Below, in pieces: positions 42,628 to 52,524 of a stretch of 64,000 nt of DNA. The notes under the pieces are model-generated. The model worked only from the letters and a program-made list of their open reading frames with translations. It was not told the origin of the DNA and ran no database searches. The position numbers and the translations under genes are program-made. This DNA is from Chloropicon primus (taxonomy: Eukaryota). How positions within the stretch are numbered: position 1 is the first letter of the stretch; every line of letters begins with the position of its first letter. The DNA lies in NCBI GenBank assembly GCA_023205875.1, contig CP060757.1:434001-498000 (forward strand), written 5' to 3'.

Positions 42628-44046
42628 TTACAAAGTTTGGACCACGCGCGATGGCTTGGTTTGCTCCACGACGTGGGTCCAGCCCTTCCGGGGACCGTCC
42701 GGGGAGGACCACAGCTCGAGCGCCCTGCCCTCAAAGCTCGGAAGGAGGGTCTCGATGGCCTTGTAGGTCTCGTCAGGAGTTTTCTTGTGGCCGTCGATCG
42801 AGGTCCGCAGGCAGTCCAGCACCACGTCGGGGTTCCTCTGGTGCCTCAGCTCGATGTCTTTCCCCTCGTTGTCCTTGCGGAAGATGTACAGGGTCGAGTG
42901 GCACTTCCTCGTGTACTTGCACTCGCCGTGGATCATCTTGTTGTTGGGGAGCATCTGGACCCAGGTCAAGTTCTCCACGTAAACGTAGTTCTGCCTGTGC
43001 ATCAGCTCGCAGACCTTTTGCACGTCCCCCTTGTCGATCCAGATGAAGACAAAGCCGGTCGGGCACAGCTTGGTCAGTGGAATCCTCTTCAGGCAGTGGA
43101 GCTTGTCGGTCACGGTCTCGTCGTCGCTCTCCTCCACCACCCAGTCCGGGTTTATGAGAACCGCAACGTAGGTCTCCTCCCTCCTGAGCGCGTTGAAGTT
43201 CATCTCCGCGATGCACCCCTCGCGAACCACGCGGCAGTCCGGTTCCGGCGCCATGACTCGCTTCCTGTAGGGCTTGACGCTCCTGCACCACGACAGGGGC
43301 ACCGGGGGCGGAGGGATTCTCATCAGCTGGGGCAGGGTGTGGTCCACGACCCTCACCTTCTTCTGCACGTAGACCCCCGTGTCCTTGCTCGGAACGGTCA
43401 CCAGTCTGAACAGGGTCTGGTCCCCCCAAATGTCTTCCTCCTCCGCCTCGAAGGCCTCCCTTTTGATCCTGGAAGCAGAGCTCGAAGATGCGATCCTCTG
43501 GGCTTTCTCCACCTCGTGGATGTTGACAAGCTTCTTCCTCCTCAAAGCTTGCTGAAGCTTGGGCCTCCTTCTCTTCTGAAAATCGTCGTCGTCGTCGTCG
43601 GACTGGGACGATTGGGAACCCCCGCGGCAAGGCGAGCCTCCTTCTTTGGAGTCCAATGACTTCCCAACCGCCGTCGTCGGTGTGAAACTCTGGAACGGTT
43701 TGCTGGGCAGAACCCCGCGATCTGCAACTCGTGTGCTGTCTCCCTCGCACCTCGGAGTCTTCCCAGCCGAGTAGCGCCTCACGATACAATCCATCTCCAG
43801 GAGGAAGTCATCATCCTCGAAAACTCTCTCCTCCTCCTCCTTTGGATGAGGATGATGTTGTTGATGTTGATGTTGTTGTTGATGTTGATGATGATGTCTC
43901 TGTCGCACGTAACCGCTTCTGTCCCTCTCCGCGCCTAACCTATCCGGGATTGACGTCCTTCGGAAGTACGTCTCGACAAGGCTATCCACCTCTCCAAGGA
44001 ACGCCTCGTCGAACTCCTCCTCCTCCTCCTCCTCCTCCTCCTCCAT
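42628..44046 (-). CDS. MT-A70 family methyltransferase-like protein, probably the non-catalytic MTA9/AMT6-7 type
   Basis: VAVLINPDW sits at the DPPW position; GFVFIW, YVYVENLTW, ELRHQRNPDVV, PDETYKAIETLLP and LELW...RKGW follow. Confidence 0.8.
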   Translation of the reverse strand: MEEEEEEEEEEFDEAFLGEVDSLVETYFRRTSIPDRLGAERDRSGYVRQRHHHQHQQQHQHQQHHPHPKEEEERVFEDDDFLLEMDCIVRRYSAGKTPRCEGDSTRVADRGVLPSKPFQSFTPTTAVGKSLDSKEGGSPCRGGSQSSQSDDDDDDFQKRRRPKLQQALRRKKLVNIHEVEKAQRIASSSSASRIKREAFEAEEEDIWGDQTLFRLVTVPSKDTGVYVQKKVRVVDHTLPQLMRIPPPPVPLSWCRSVKPYRKRVMAPEPDCRVVREGCIAEMNFNALRREETYVAVLINPDWVVEESDDETVTDKLHCLKRIPLTKLCPTGFVFIWIDKGDVQKVCELMHRQNYVYVENLTWVQMLPNNKMIHGECKYTRKCHSTLYIFRKDNEGKDIELRHQRNPDVVLDCLRTSIDGHKKTPDETYKAIETLLPSFEGRALELWSSPDGPRKGWTHVVEQTKPSRVVQTL

Positions 44047-44130
44047 GACCGCCGAAAACGGCCGGCCAGCAGATCTTTATTTTTGATCCTCGCCAGCGTC
44101 GACCCTTGCCGCCAAGGAAACCCCATTCTC

Positions 44131-44247
44131 ATGACGGACAAGATAGGAAGGCACGGGCAGAAGCACGGCGTCGTCGCAGTCGTCCTCAGTGGAGGTAAGT
44201 CACACTCTCGGGCGCACATTCGCCTCCCTCCCTTGCTCTCTCTCTCC

Positions 44248-44290
<43 letters not shown>

Positions 44291-46086
44291 GTTTCGCCTT
44301 CCTTGCTATGCTTTGCTTTGCTTTGCATTGCTTGGGAATGGTTCCCCTTGCTTGCTTGAGTGAGCGAGTGACTGATATGCTGGGGTTTGATTGTGCAGGG
44401 TTCGAGGACGAGCTGTTTCCGTTGTGCAAGAAGGCGGCGGATGGCGGTGGTGATGGGTACGATGGGGGAAGCAGAGCGGAAGAGGGAACGAGGACGGAGG
44501 GGAGTACGGCCCCGAGCGAGGGGAGAGAAGGCGGGGAGGACGGTGAAGTGGAGGGGTCTCTGATCCCCCTGGCGAACACCCCTCTCCTCCTGTACCCGCT
44601 GCTGCGTCTGGAGGACCTCTTTACTCCCGCGGGTCTCCGTTCGGTCGCGATAGCCTGCACCAGCGAGGAAGAGGCGGGAGCCGTGAGGCGTTGGGTGCAC
44701 CAGAGGTACGCCTCTCAACCGTCGAGGCCCCACGTGATAGCGATAAGTGGGGAGACTGCCGTCAGCGACGCGGACGTGGTCGCCCAGGCGTTCCACCAGG
44801 GTCTCGGGAGCGAGTTCGACCTCGCGAAGAACGTGATTGTTATGCGAGGCAACCTGGTTTCTGATGTGCAGCTGGAAGCCGTCGTGGCTTCCCACAGGCT
44901 GAGGAACGCGACCGCGACCGTGATGTTGGCGCGGCCAAGGGACGAGCAGACCGTCCTGACATCGTCCAAAAAGGGCGGAAAGGCCGTTGTCGCGAAGCCG
45001 AGCAAGTCCAAGGCTCCGAAGACCTACGTTGGCCTGGACGACGAGCGAAAGAGGCTCTGCCTCTGGATGAGCGAGGCGTCCATGAACGGAGGAAAGCCGC
45101 TTCCGAACGGGAAGATGCCTCAGGTCAAGCAGCTGCAGCTGCCGAGGAGGGTTCTCAAGTCGGTGGGCCACGTGAACATATCGTCGAATCTGATCGACAC
45201 GGAGCTGGCCGTGTTCAACAGGGATGTCTTTGACGGAAGGATTGCGGCGGAGCTGATGCAGAACGACGAGGGCCTCGGGTCGGTCTCGGGGCACCTCATC
45301 CCCCACCTCGTCAAGCAGCAGTTTGACAACGGGGCCAAGGAGGGAAAGCTAGAGCAGAACAGGGGCGAGAGCGGCGACAAGGGCGCGGCGACGGGGGTGA
45401 AGATGAGCTTGAACGTCGACAGAGGGAGCGGGGAGGGCGGAAGCGGCCACGACAGGGTGGCCCTCGAGCTGAGCACCAAGAAGAGCAACCACGGAAGCAG
45501 CGGGGACCAGCTTTCGTTCGAGAAGCTCCAGGAGGTGATCGCCGAGATGACCCACTGCAGCTCTGTGGGGGAGAAGACCTCGGACGGCCAGACCCGGACG
45601 CTGCAAGAGCAGCAGGGCCAGGGCCTGTGCTCCGTCTACATCGTCCCGCCGGAGAATTATTGTGCCAAGGTCGACACGATCGAGACGTATGGGGAAATCA
45701 GCAAAGATTTGACTTCGGCTGAGTTCGGCCACCTGCTGCCTTCCACCACCACGCACTCCCAGCCGACCGAGATTGGCTCCAAGACCACCATAGGGAGCGG
45801 GTGCCTGTTCGGAGACGGCGTCAAGTTGGGAGACAAGTGCAGCGTGAAGAGATCCATTCTGGGCACCCGGTGCACCCTGGGAAATAACGTCAAGATCGTA
45901 AACTCCGTGATCATGGACGGCACCGTCATCGGCGACGGCTCCCATATCCAGAACTGCGTTCTGTGCAAGTTCGTCAAGATGGGCGAGAAGTGCACCCTCA
46001 AGGACTGCAACTTGGGGGCCCACTGGGCCCTCGAGGACGAGATGGAGCACAGGGGGGAGACTCTCGCCCACGGGCACACCCTCTAA
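44131..46086 (+). CDS. Translation initiation factor eIF-2B gamma subunit, 2 exons (44131-44194, 44399-46086)
   Basis: Nucleotidyltransferase-like N-terminus (AVVLSGG, LIPLANTPLLLYPL) and C-terminal left-handed beta-helix (GDKCSVKRSILG...VKIVNSVIMD). Intron 44195-44398 (GTAAGT...CAG). Confidence 0.85.
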
Positions 46087-46284
46087 CAATACCCCTAATT
46101 ATTCGGTTCCGTACACCGCATTGCAAAATAAGTTATGATCCTCTTGAGTCCTAGGAAACTCCTCCCTCCAGAAGAAAAGAGCCCAATCTTCCCCACGAGG
46201 AGCCACAAGTGGATAAGGAGATTGTGGAGGAGGAGAGAGGGGAAGAGAGAGAGACGGACGGGCTTGACTTATACGTGAGAGTTC

Positions 46285-47055
46285 ATGGTGGCGCGGGTGT
46301 GTGCAGCGGGGAGAGGGGGGTGCCAATGCGGGTTGGCACGAGCAGCCACGAGGAGGGCAACCTCGGTGGGTGCGTTGGCGAGGCCAGGGGTCGGGCACCA
46401 CCCGGGGCAAGGTGGTGAAGGTGGTGTACTGGGAACGCGCCGCGAGAGGTCGTCCTGCGTCCGGGTGGAGGCTTACCAGAGCCAGGGCAGCCGGAGGGGG
46501 GGCTACCGCGGCCGGGGTCCGCCCAAGCCCCGCGGCCCGCCGAAGAACGACGAGATTCGCGGCAAGGAGGTCCGCGTCATCGGGAGCCAGAGGGAGAACT
46601 TGGGCGTGCTGCCGACCCAGGAGGCCCTTTCCATGGCCGCCGGAGAGGGCCTGGACCTCGTTTTGGTGACGCCTGACGCCAAACCCCCAGTCTGCCGGAT
46701 CGTGGACTACGGGAAGTTTCTCTACGAGCAGGAGAAGAAGAAGAAGGAGGCCAAGAAGGGCCAGAGCAAGGCGAAGAGCGCGGTGAAGGAGCTCAAGTTG
46801 AGGCCGAACACCGACGTCCACGACTACAACGTGCGGCTGAAAAAGTGCTTGCAGTTCTTGGGCAAGGGGAACAAGGTCAAGATCACTGTCGTGTTCAACG
46901 GGAGGGACATGGCGTACAAGGACAAGGGAAGGGAGCTGCTGGAGAGGTTTCGGGAGGACGTGGACGGGGCCGGGCACGTGGACGGGAGACCCAGCATGCA
47001 AGGAAGGCAGATGATGATGTACATCAACCCGGGGCTGAACAAGGAGAGCAAGTAG
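46285..47055 (+). CDS. infC: Organellar (likely plastid) translation initiation factor IF-3
   Basis: NDEIRGKEVRVI, LDLVLVTPDAKPPVCRIVDYGKFLYE, KELKLRP and GNKVK; transit-peptide-like N-terminus. Confidence 0.93.
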   Translation: MVARVCAAGRGGCQCGLARAATRRATSVGALARPGVGHHPGQGGEGGVLGTRRERSSCVRVEAYQSQGSRRGGYRGRGPPKPRGPPKNDEIRGKEVRVIGSQRENLGVLPTQEALSMAAGEGLDLVLVTPDAKPPVCRIVDYGKFLYEQEKKKKEAKKGQSKAKSAVKELKLRPNTDVHDYNVRLKKCLQFLGKGNKVKITVVFNGRDMAYKDKGRELLERFREDVDGAGHVDGRPSMQGRQMMMYINPGLNKESK

Positions 47056-47791
47056 TGTGGCGCAGTTTCGTGAGAAGCGACTGCGACAAGGACGAGGACG
47101 GCGGGGGACCACCGTTTTACTTCTTCCTGCGACCCTTTGTTTCTTCGTTTTAAGCGATTGAATTTTGTTTTATCTATCCATGGTTGTGCCGAGAAGAGTT
47201 GAGTCGAGCCTTCAAACGGGGGACACGGCAGGAGCACGTTTCTGTTTCTGTTTCTCCTGGCCCCCCAAGCTGGACCGACGACGACGACGTGCGTGCGTGC
47301 GTGGTGACGACGTGAGGAGGCTTCGAAGGCCCGCCAATCCATCCACCGGGCAGTCCACCGCCAGGCACGATGAGGGCGCGAGGCGGGCGGGGAGGTGGGA
47401 CAGATGAACCACCGGGAGCCTGCAATTCCATCCATCGGGGCCAGCATGGAACAATCCTAATCCGGGACAGACCTCTCTTTCTTCCTGTTCTCAGACCAAT
47501 TAACGTCAACCAAAGGCGGAAGAAAAAGAGAGAAGAGAGAGAGAGAACCACCACAGTGTTGTGGTTGACGTCCAAGAGTTTTCTTCTCAGGACAACGAAC
47601 GTCTTCAGACGACGATGCGATGTGAGTGTCCTGTCATGACGACGAATGTGATGTCATAATTCTCTGCTTTCTTTTGGCTTGGCTTGCTCCGTCGTTCGCT
47701 CTTTCTCAGAAGAGGCGGCTGGATGAAGAGGAAGAGGAGGGGAACGAGAACTTCAGCAACGACAACGAGTCGGAGGAAGGGCACGAGCGAC

Positions 47792-49716
47792 ATGGCGATA
47801 ACCGTCAGCGACAAAGTGAGGTCGGGGGAGGAGCCCATCCCCGTGACCGTTCTCAGCGGGTTCCTCGGATCAGGTAAGGAAGGAGATGATGACGGTGGGA
47901 AGGGAGAGGGAGAGGGAGAGGGAGAGGGGCTGAATTGGGAAGGCCTGGAGGGGGTTTGGCGGTGGCCCTGGCGCGCCCCAGCGTCGCGACCGCCCCTCCC
48001 GCCAGACTTCCACCAGGGCACTTGTGACTCGCGACGGTTGGGTGACGACGACCTGTTGACGGCTGCTCCAGACTTTGTTTCCTGACACTGACACTGACGC
48101 TGACACTGACACGGTTGTGGGTTGTTCGGCTGCTGTGTTCTGTTCCGTGTTTTGTTTCGAACGAACGAACGAACGATTGACTTGAACGACCGACAGGCAA
48201 GACGACGCTGCTGCGGAACATCTTGCATCAGACGAACGGCCTGGAGTACAAGGTCGCCGTGCTGGTCAATGACATGGCGGAGGTGAACATCGACGCGAAC
48301 TTGGTGCGAGACACCAAGGTTCTCCAGCGCGATGCGAAGATGGTGGAGCTGCACAACGGGTGCATCTGCTGCACTCTCCGCGAGGACCTGATCAAGGAGC
48401 TGGCCAACCTCGCGCACGAGAAGAAGTTCGACGCGATCGTCGTGGAGTCCACAGGGGTGAGCGACCCGCAGGAGGTCGCGGAGACTTTCGCCGTGGAGGT
48501 CGGACCGAGCCAAGGGGAGGAGGGCGGCGGCCAGGAGCAGGAGGGAGCCGAGGAGGAGGAGGAAGAGGAGCCCATGGCGCCGACGGACTGGGAGTTGGAG
48601 GAGATCAGGAAAGCCCTTGGGGGGAAGAACTCCTTGAACGAGGTGGCCCGCCTGGACACCACGGTGACCATGGTGGACTGCGCGGCCTTCCACACCAACC
48701 TCGCGACGTCCGCGGATCTGGCCGAGCACTTCAAGGACAGCGGTGGGGCGGAGGAGGAGGACAACCGCACCGTGGCGCCCCTCCTGATGCAGCAGATCGA
48801 GTTCGCCGACGTGATCGGGCTCAGCAAGTGCGACCTGGTGAGCAAGAAGGTAGCGGACGACGTCGAGGACGCGCTCAAGGGGCTGAACCCCACGGCAAAG
48901 GTGATCCGGGTCAACAAGGGCGACCTCCCCCTCAACAAGATCATCGACACCAAGCTCTTCTCGATGGAGAAGGCCGCCAACGCCGCGGGGTGGTTGCAGC
49001 ACCTGAGGGACGAGGTCGTGCCCGAGACCGAGGTCTACGGCATCGACAGCTTTGTGTACAGGGCTCGCACCCCGTTCCACCCCGAGAAGGTCAAGAAATG
49101 GATGTTGGACCACTTCACCGTCTTCACCGAGTCGACCGAGGGCGAGGAGGGCGAGGAGAGCGAGGAGGAGCTGGAAACGGACACGGAGGAAGACAGGAAG
49201 GTGGACCAGGTGAAGGGGGATCGCATGCGCAGCAAGTTCGGCAGCATCCTGCGCAGCAAGGGCTTCCTCTGGCTCGCGGGGAGGGACGACATGTGCGGCG
49301 AGTGGAGCCAAGCCGGGGCGGTCGGCGAGTTCTCCTGCGGCGGCTACTTTTACGCCGCGGTGGGCGAGGACGAGTGGCCCCCGGAGGGTTCCGAGCCTTA
49401 CGAGATGATCATGAAGGACTTTGACGGCCCAGAGCTCAAGGACCGAAGGCAGGAGCTCGTCTTCATCGGGCAGAACTTGAAGCAGGACGCCATCACGAGC
49501 TCCTTGAACGACTGCCTGGTGACGAAGGAGGACCTCCAGCCCACCGAGGCCTCCTCCTCCTCCAAGGCGGAGGAGCCCACGGAGCACTCTTGGAAATTCG
49601 GCATCGATTACCTCAAGGACCCTTTCCCAAAGTGGGACGTCGGGGAGTTTGAGTACGAGGAGGGGTCCGAGGAAGAGGAGGAGGGGTCCGAGGGAGGCGA
49701 CAAGGCCGAAGGTTAA
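47792..49716 (+). CDS. CobW/COG0523 (ZNG1-like) metallochaperone GTPase, 2 exons (47792-47873, 48197-49716)
   Basis: Walker A is split by intron 47874-48196 (PVTVLSGFLGS-GKTT); VNDMAEVNID, GCICC, ESTGV, RSKGFLWLA and RQELVFIG. An in-frame upstream ATG at 47723 is possible. Confidence 0.93.
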
Positions 49717-49976
49717 TCCATCCATTCATTCATTCTTTCTTTCTTTGTTTGATACAACAGATTAGATTGTAGATTGTAGATTGTTGATTCCATTCTTCCT
49801 TGCTTGCTTGCGTCCTCTTGCCTCTTCGTTCGTTTACCTTGACACTTTTTACCTCGGTTGCCCCCCTCCGAGCCCCAACCAAACGAGAGACAGATGCTGC
49901 TGCTAAACCCGGAGAGGGCGGCGCTTGGTGAGGGAGAGCGGGTTAGGCTTAGGCTTAGGTTGAGGTCACCGTCACC

Positions 49977-52343
49977 ATGGGGGGCAAGGTGAAGCGAAGC
50001 ACGATCAAGTACAAGAAGAAGATCGGGAAGGAGAAGCTGAGGGCGAAGCTTACGGGAGGCGGCGCGAGGAAGAAGGGTGGGGGGCGGTATGGCTCTGGCG
50101 GAGGGAGCAGGAAGGGAGGAAAGGTGGAGAGGGAGGAGCTCGCACAGGAGGAGAAGGGGAGGAAGGCAATGGGTGTCGACGAGTTCTTGGATCAGGACTT
50201 CGAAGAAAGCGAGGGGGGGGAGGGGGACAGCGAGTCCCTCAGCGATCTGTCCTCCCTGAGCTCCCTCTCTGATGACAGCGAGGTTGACGTCAGCGATGGG
50301 GAGGGGGAGGCCTCTCCCATGGTGTTGGGTTTCGCCAAGAACAACCCGAGGACGGCGTTCAAGAGCGAGGAGCAGCTCCACGAGAGCGTGCGCGAGGACG
50401 CGAACAAGGTGAAGAACACCCTGCTGAAGAATTTGGAGAAGGAGACGAGGACCCACAAAGAAGCGCTGGAAGCTCTCAAGGAGAAGGACCCCGAGTTCTA
50501 CAAGTACCTCCAGGAGTCCGAGAGCAACCTGCTCGAGTTCGGACCGGATGAGGACGCTGGGCCGGAGGACTCGGACTCGGACTCAAGCGAGGAGTATGAG
50601 GACAGGGGGGAGGCGAAGAGGTTGGGCAAGGACAGGAAGAAAATCATCCTCATTGACGACGGGGCGATAACGACGTGGTGCACGGCAGCGCTCACGAAGG
50701 GTTCCCTGGGAGCTGTGAAGAACGTGCTCAAGGCCTACAGGGTTGGCTGCCACTACGGGGACGATGACGATGAGACCAACCAGATATCCGTCAGGCTCTC
50801 GGACAGCAACGTGTTCAACCAGCTCATGCTCTTCGTGCTGAAGAACGTGGACACGATATTCAGGAGACTCCTGCAGATCGAGTCCGGCCAGAAAGAGACC
50901 GAGAAGGCCATGCAGTCAAAGAAGTGGACAAAGGTCGAGCCTCTGGTCAAGTCCTATCTTGGAAACACGCTGCACCTGGTCTCAAACGTGACCGAACCGG
51001 GCCTCGCCGCTTACGTTTACCAGAGGCTGAGGGCCTCCGTCGACTTGTTCACGAAGTTTCCTGTCCTGAGCAAGAAGCTCCTCAAGCTCGCGCTCAAGTC
51101 CTTTGGAAGCGACATTGGTAACGTCAAGGTGGACAAAACCGCCAGGATACAGAGCGTTCTCTTGGTGAGGTCCTTGGCCTTGTCCCAAGACACCTTGTTG
51201 GACGAGTCTTACAGGGGCCTCTACAGGACGTACCAGTCCGCGGCAAAGTTTGCGAGTCAGCAGAATATTTCTTCCATCCGCTTTATGCAGGACTGCCTGG
51301 TGGAGGTGTTTTGCATGAAACCGGATTCCATGTACAAGCACGTCTTCAATTTTGTCAAGGAAGTTGCCCTTTTTGTGAGGAATTCCCTGATTTACAAGAC
51401 GCAAGAGCACTATTACCGCGTGTACTCGTGGGAAGTCATATGCTCCTTGGACTTGCTGGAGTCCCTAATATCGAAGCACGGGTCAGGGGAGAAGGACGTC
51501 TTGCAGCCGATGCTGTACCCCTTGGTGCAGGTTATGATGATGACGGTGACTCTCGTGCCCAGCTCAAGGTACCTTCCTCTGAGATTCCATGTCCTGAAAT
51601 CGATACTGAGGCTCTCCAAGAAGACCAGCGTCTTCATTCCACTGTCGTCCTTGATCATTGATGCCCTGAACTTCTCTGAATTGTCCAAGAAGCCCCAGGG
51701 AGTTGGCAACCACTTTAATTTCATGGGCACTTTGAAGGTCCCCAAGGACGTGTTGAAGACCACCTCCTTCCAGGAGCAGTGGGTAAGCCAGACGGTGCTC
51801 CTGCTTGCAGAGCACTGCTCCCAATGGTCTCACCACATAGCGTTCCCGGAGCTCTTTTTGCCCCTGGGAATAAAAGTCAAGGGCTACATGAAGTCTGACT
51901 CTTTGGCAAAGAAGTTCAAGGCTCAATTGGCTCAATTTTTGGAAGCGGGGCAGATCGCTGCAGAGAGCATGTTGCAGAAAAGGCAGGTTGCAACATTCAG
52001 CCCCAAGGATGCGCAAAAGATAGAGCTTTTCATCAACGAAGATATGAAGAAGGGGGCTTCTCCGATGGACAAGTTCTACCAAGCGACGTTGAAGCAAGTG
52101 ATGAAGCAGGACAAGATGAGCTCGTCCTCCGACGTCTTGCTTGCGGGCGACCGCATGCGCGTCAGCAATAAACTGGCTAACGCCAAGGACGTTCCAGAGT
52201 ATTCTGGTGCAATCCTAGACAAGGAAAAAAGGAAGCGCTCCAAGGCACCAAGAGACTCGCGCCTGGAAGGAACCGAAGAAGTCCACAACGACGAAGACCG
52301 GGTGGAAGATTTTGAGATGAGCGACTCGGAGAGCGAAGAATAA
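49977..52343 (+). CDS. NOC2: Nucleolar complex protein 2
   Basis: HKEALEALKEKDPEFYKYL, VKSYLGN, RVYSWE, LYPLVQV, RYLPLRFH and IAFPEL. Confidence 0.92.
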   Translation: MGGKVKRSTIKYKKKIGKEKLRAKLTGGGARKKGGGRYGSGGGSRKGGKVEREELAQEEKGRKAMGVDEFLDQDFEESEGGEGDSESLSDLSSLSSLSDDSEVDVSDGEGEASPMVLGFAKNNPRTAFKSEEQLHESVREDANKVKNTLLKNLEKETRTHKEALEALKEKDPEFYKYLQESESNLLEFGPDEDAGPEDSDSDSSEEYEDRGEAKRLGKDRKKIILIDDGAITTWCTAALTKGSLGAVKNVLKAYRVGCHYGDDDDETNQISVRLSDSNVFNQLMLFVLKNVDTIFRRLLQIESGQKETEKAMQSKKWTKVEPLVKSYLGNTLHLVSNVTEPGLAAYVYQRLRASVDLFTKFPVLSKKLLKLALKSFGSDIGNVKVDKTARIQSVLLVRSLALSQDTLLDESYRGLYRTYQSAAKFASQQNISSIRFMQDCLVEVFCMKPDSMYKHVFNFVKEVALFVRNSLIYKTQEHYYRVYSWEVICSLDLLESLISKHGSGEKDVLQPMLYPLVQVMMMTVTLVPSSRYLPLRFHVLKSILRLSKKTSVFIPLSSLIIDALNFSELSKKPQGVGNHFNFMGTLKVPKDVLKTTSFQEQWVSQTVLLLAEHCSQWSHHIAFPELFLPLGIKVKGYMKSDSLAKKFKAQLAQFLEAGQIAAESMLQKRQVATFSPKDAQKIELFINEDMKKGASPMDKFYQATLKQVMKQDKMSSSSDVLLAGDRMRVSNKLANAKDVPEYSGAILDKEKRKRSKAPRDSRLEGTEEVHNDEDRVEDFEMSDSESEE

Positions 52344-52524
52344 CGTCTTTTTTTTCTTGGCAGGTGATCAGGGAATCGAACAGAAATAAAATACACACAT
52401 AAAAATGAAGAGTAAGTGCATAAACGAGTCAAGGGTCCGAACCTGAACCCACCAGCACCGCGACACCGCTTGCTGGACTCCTTCGCCCCCTTCTTCGCTC
52501 TCCTCGCAGGCCTCAACAAGCTTT

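Noticed and set aside
47056..47790. Long intergenic stretch checked for tRNA, snRNA, snoRNA and a leader intron (47622-47709)
   Set aside because: No recognisable RNA motifs; the candidate intron lacks a consensus branch point.
47605..49725. 706-aa antisense ORF opposite CobW
   Set aside because: Shadow ORF from GC-rich codon bias; no motifs, and it crosses the intron of the real gene.
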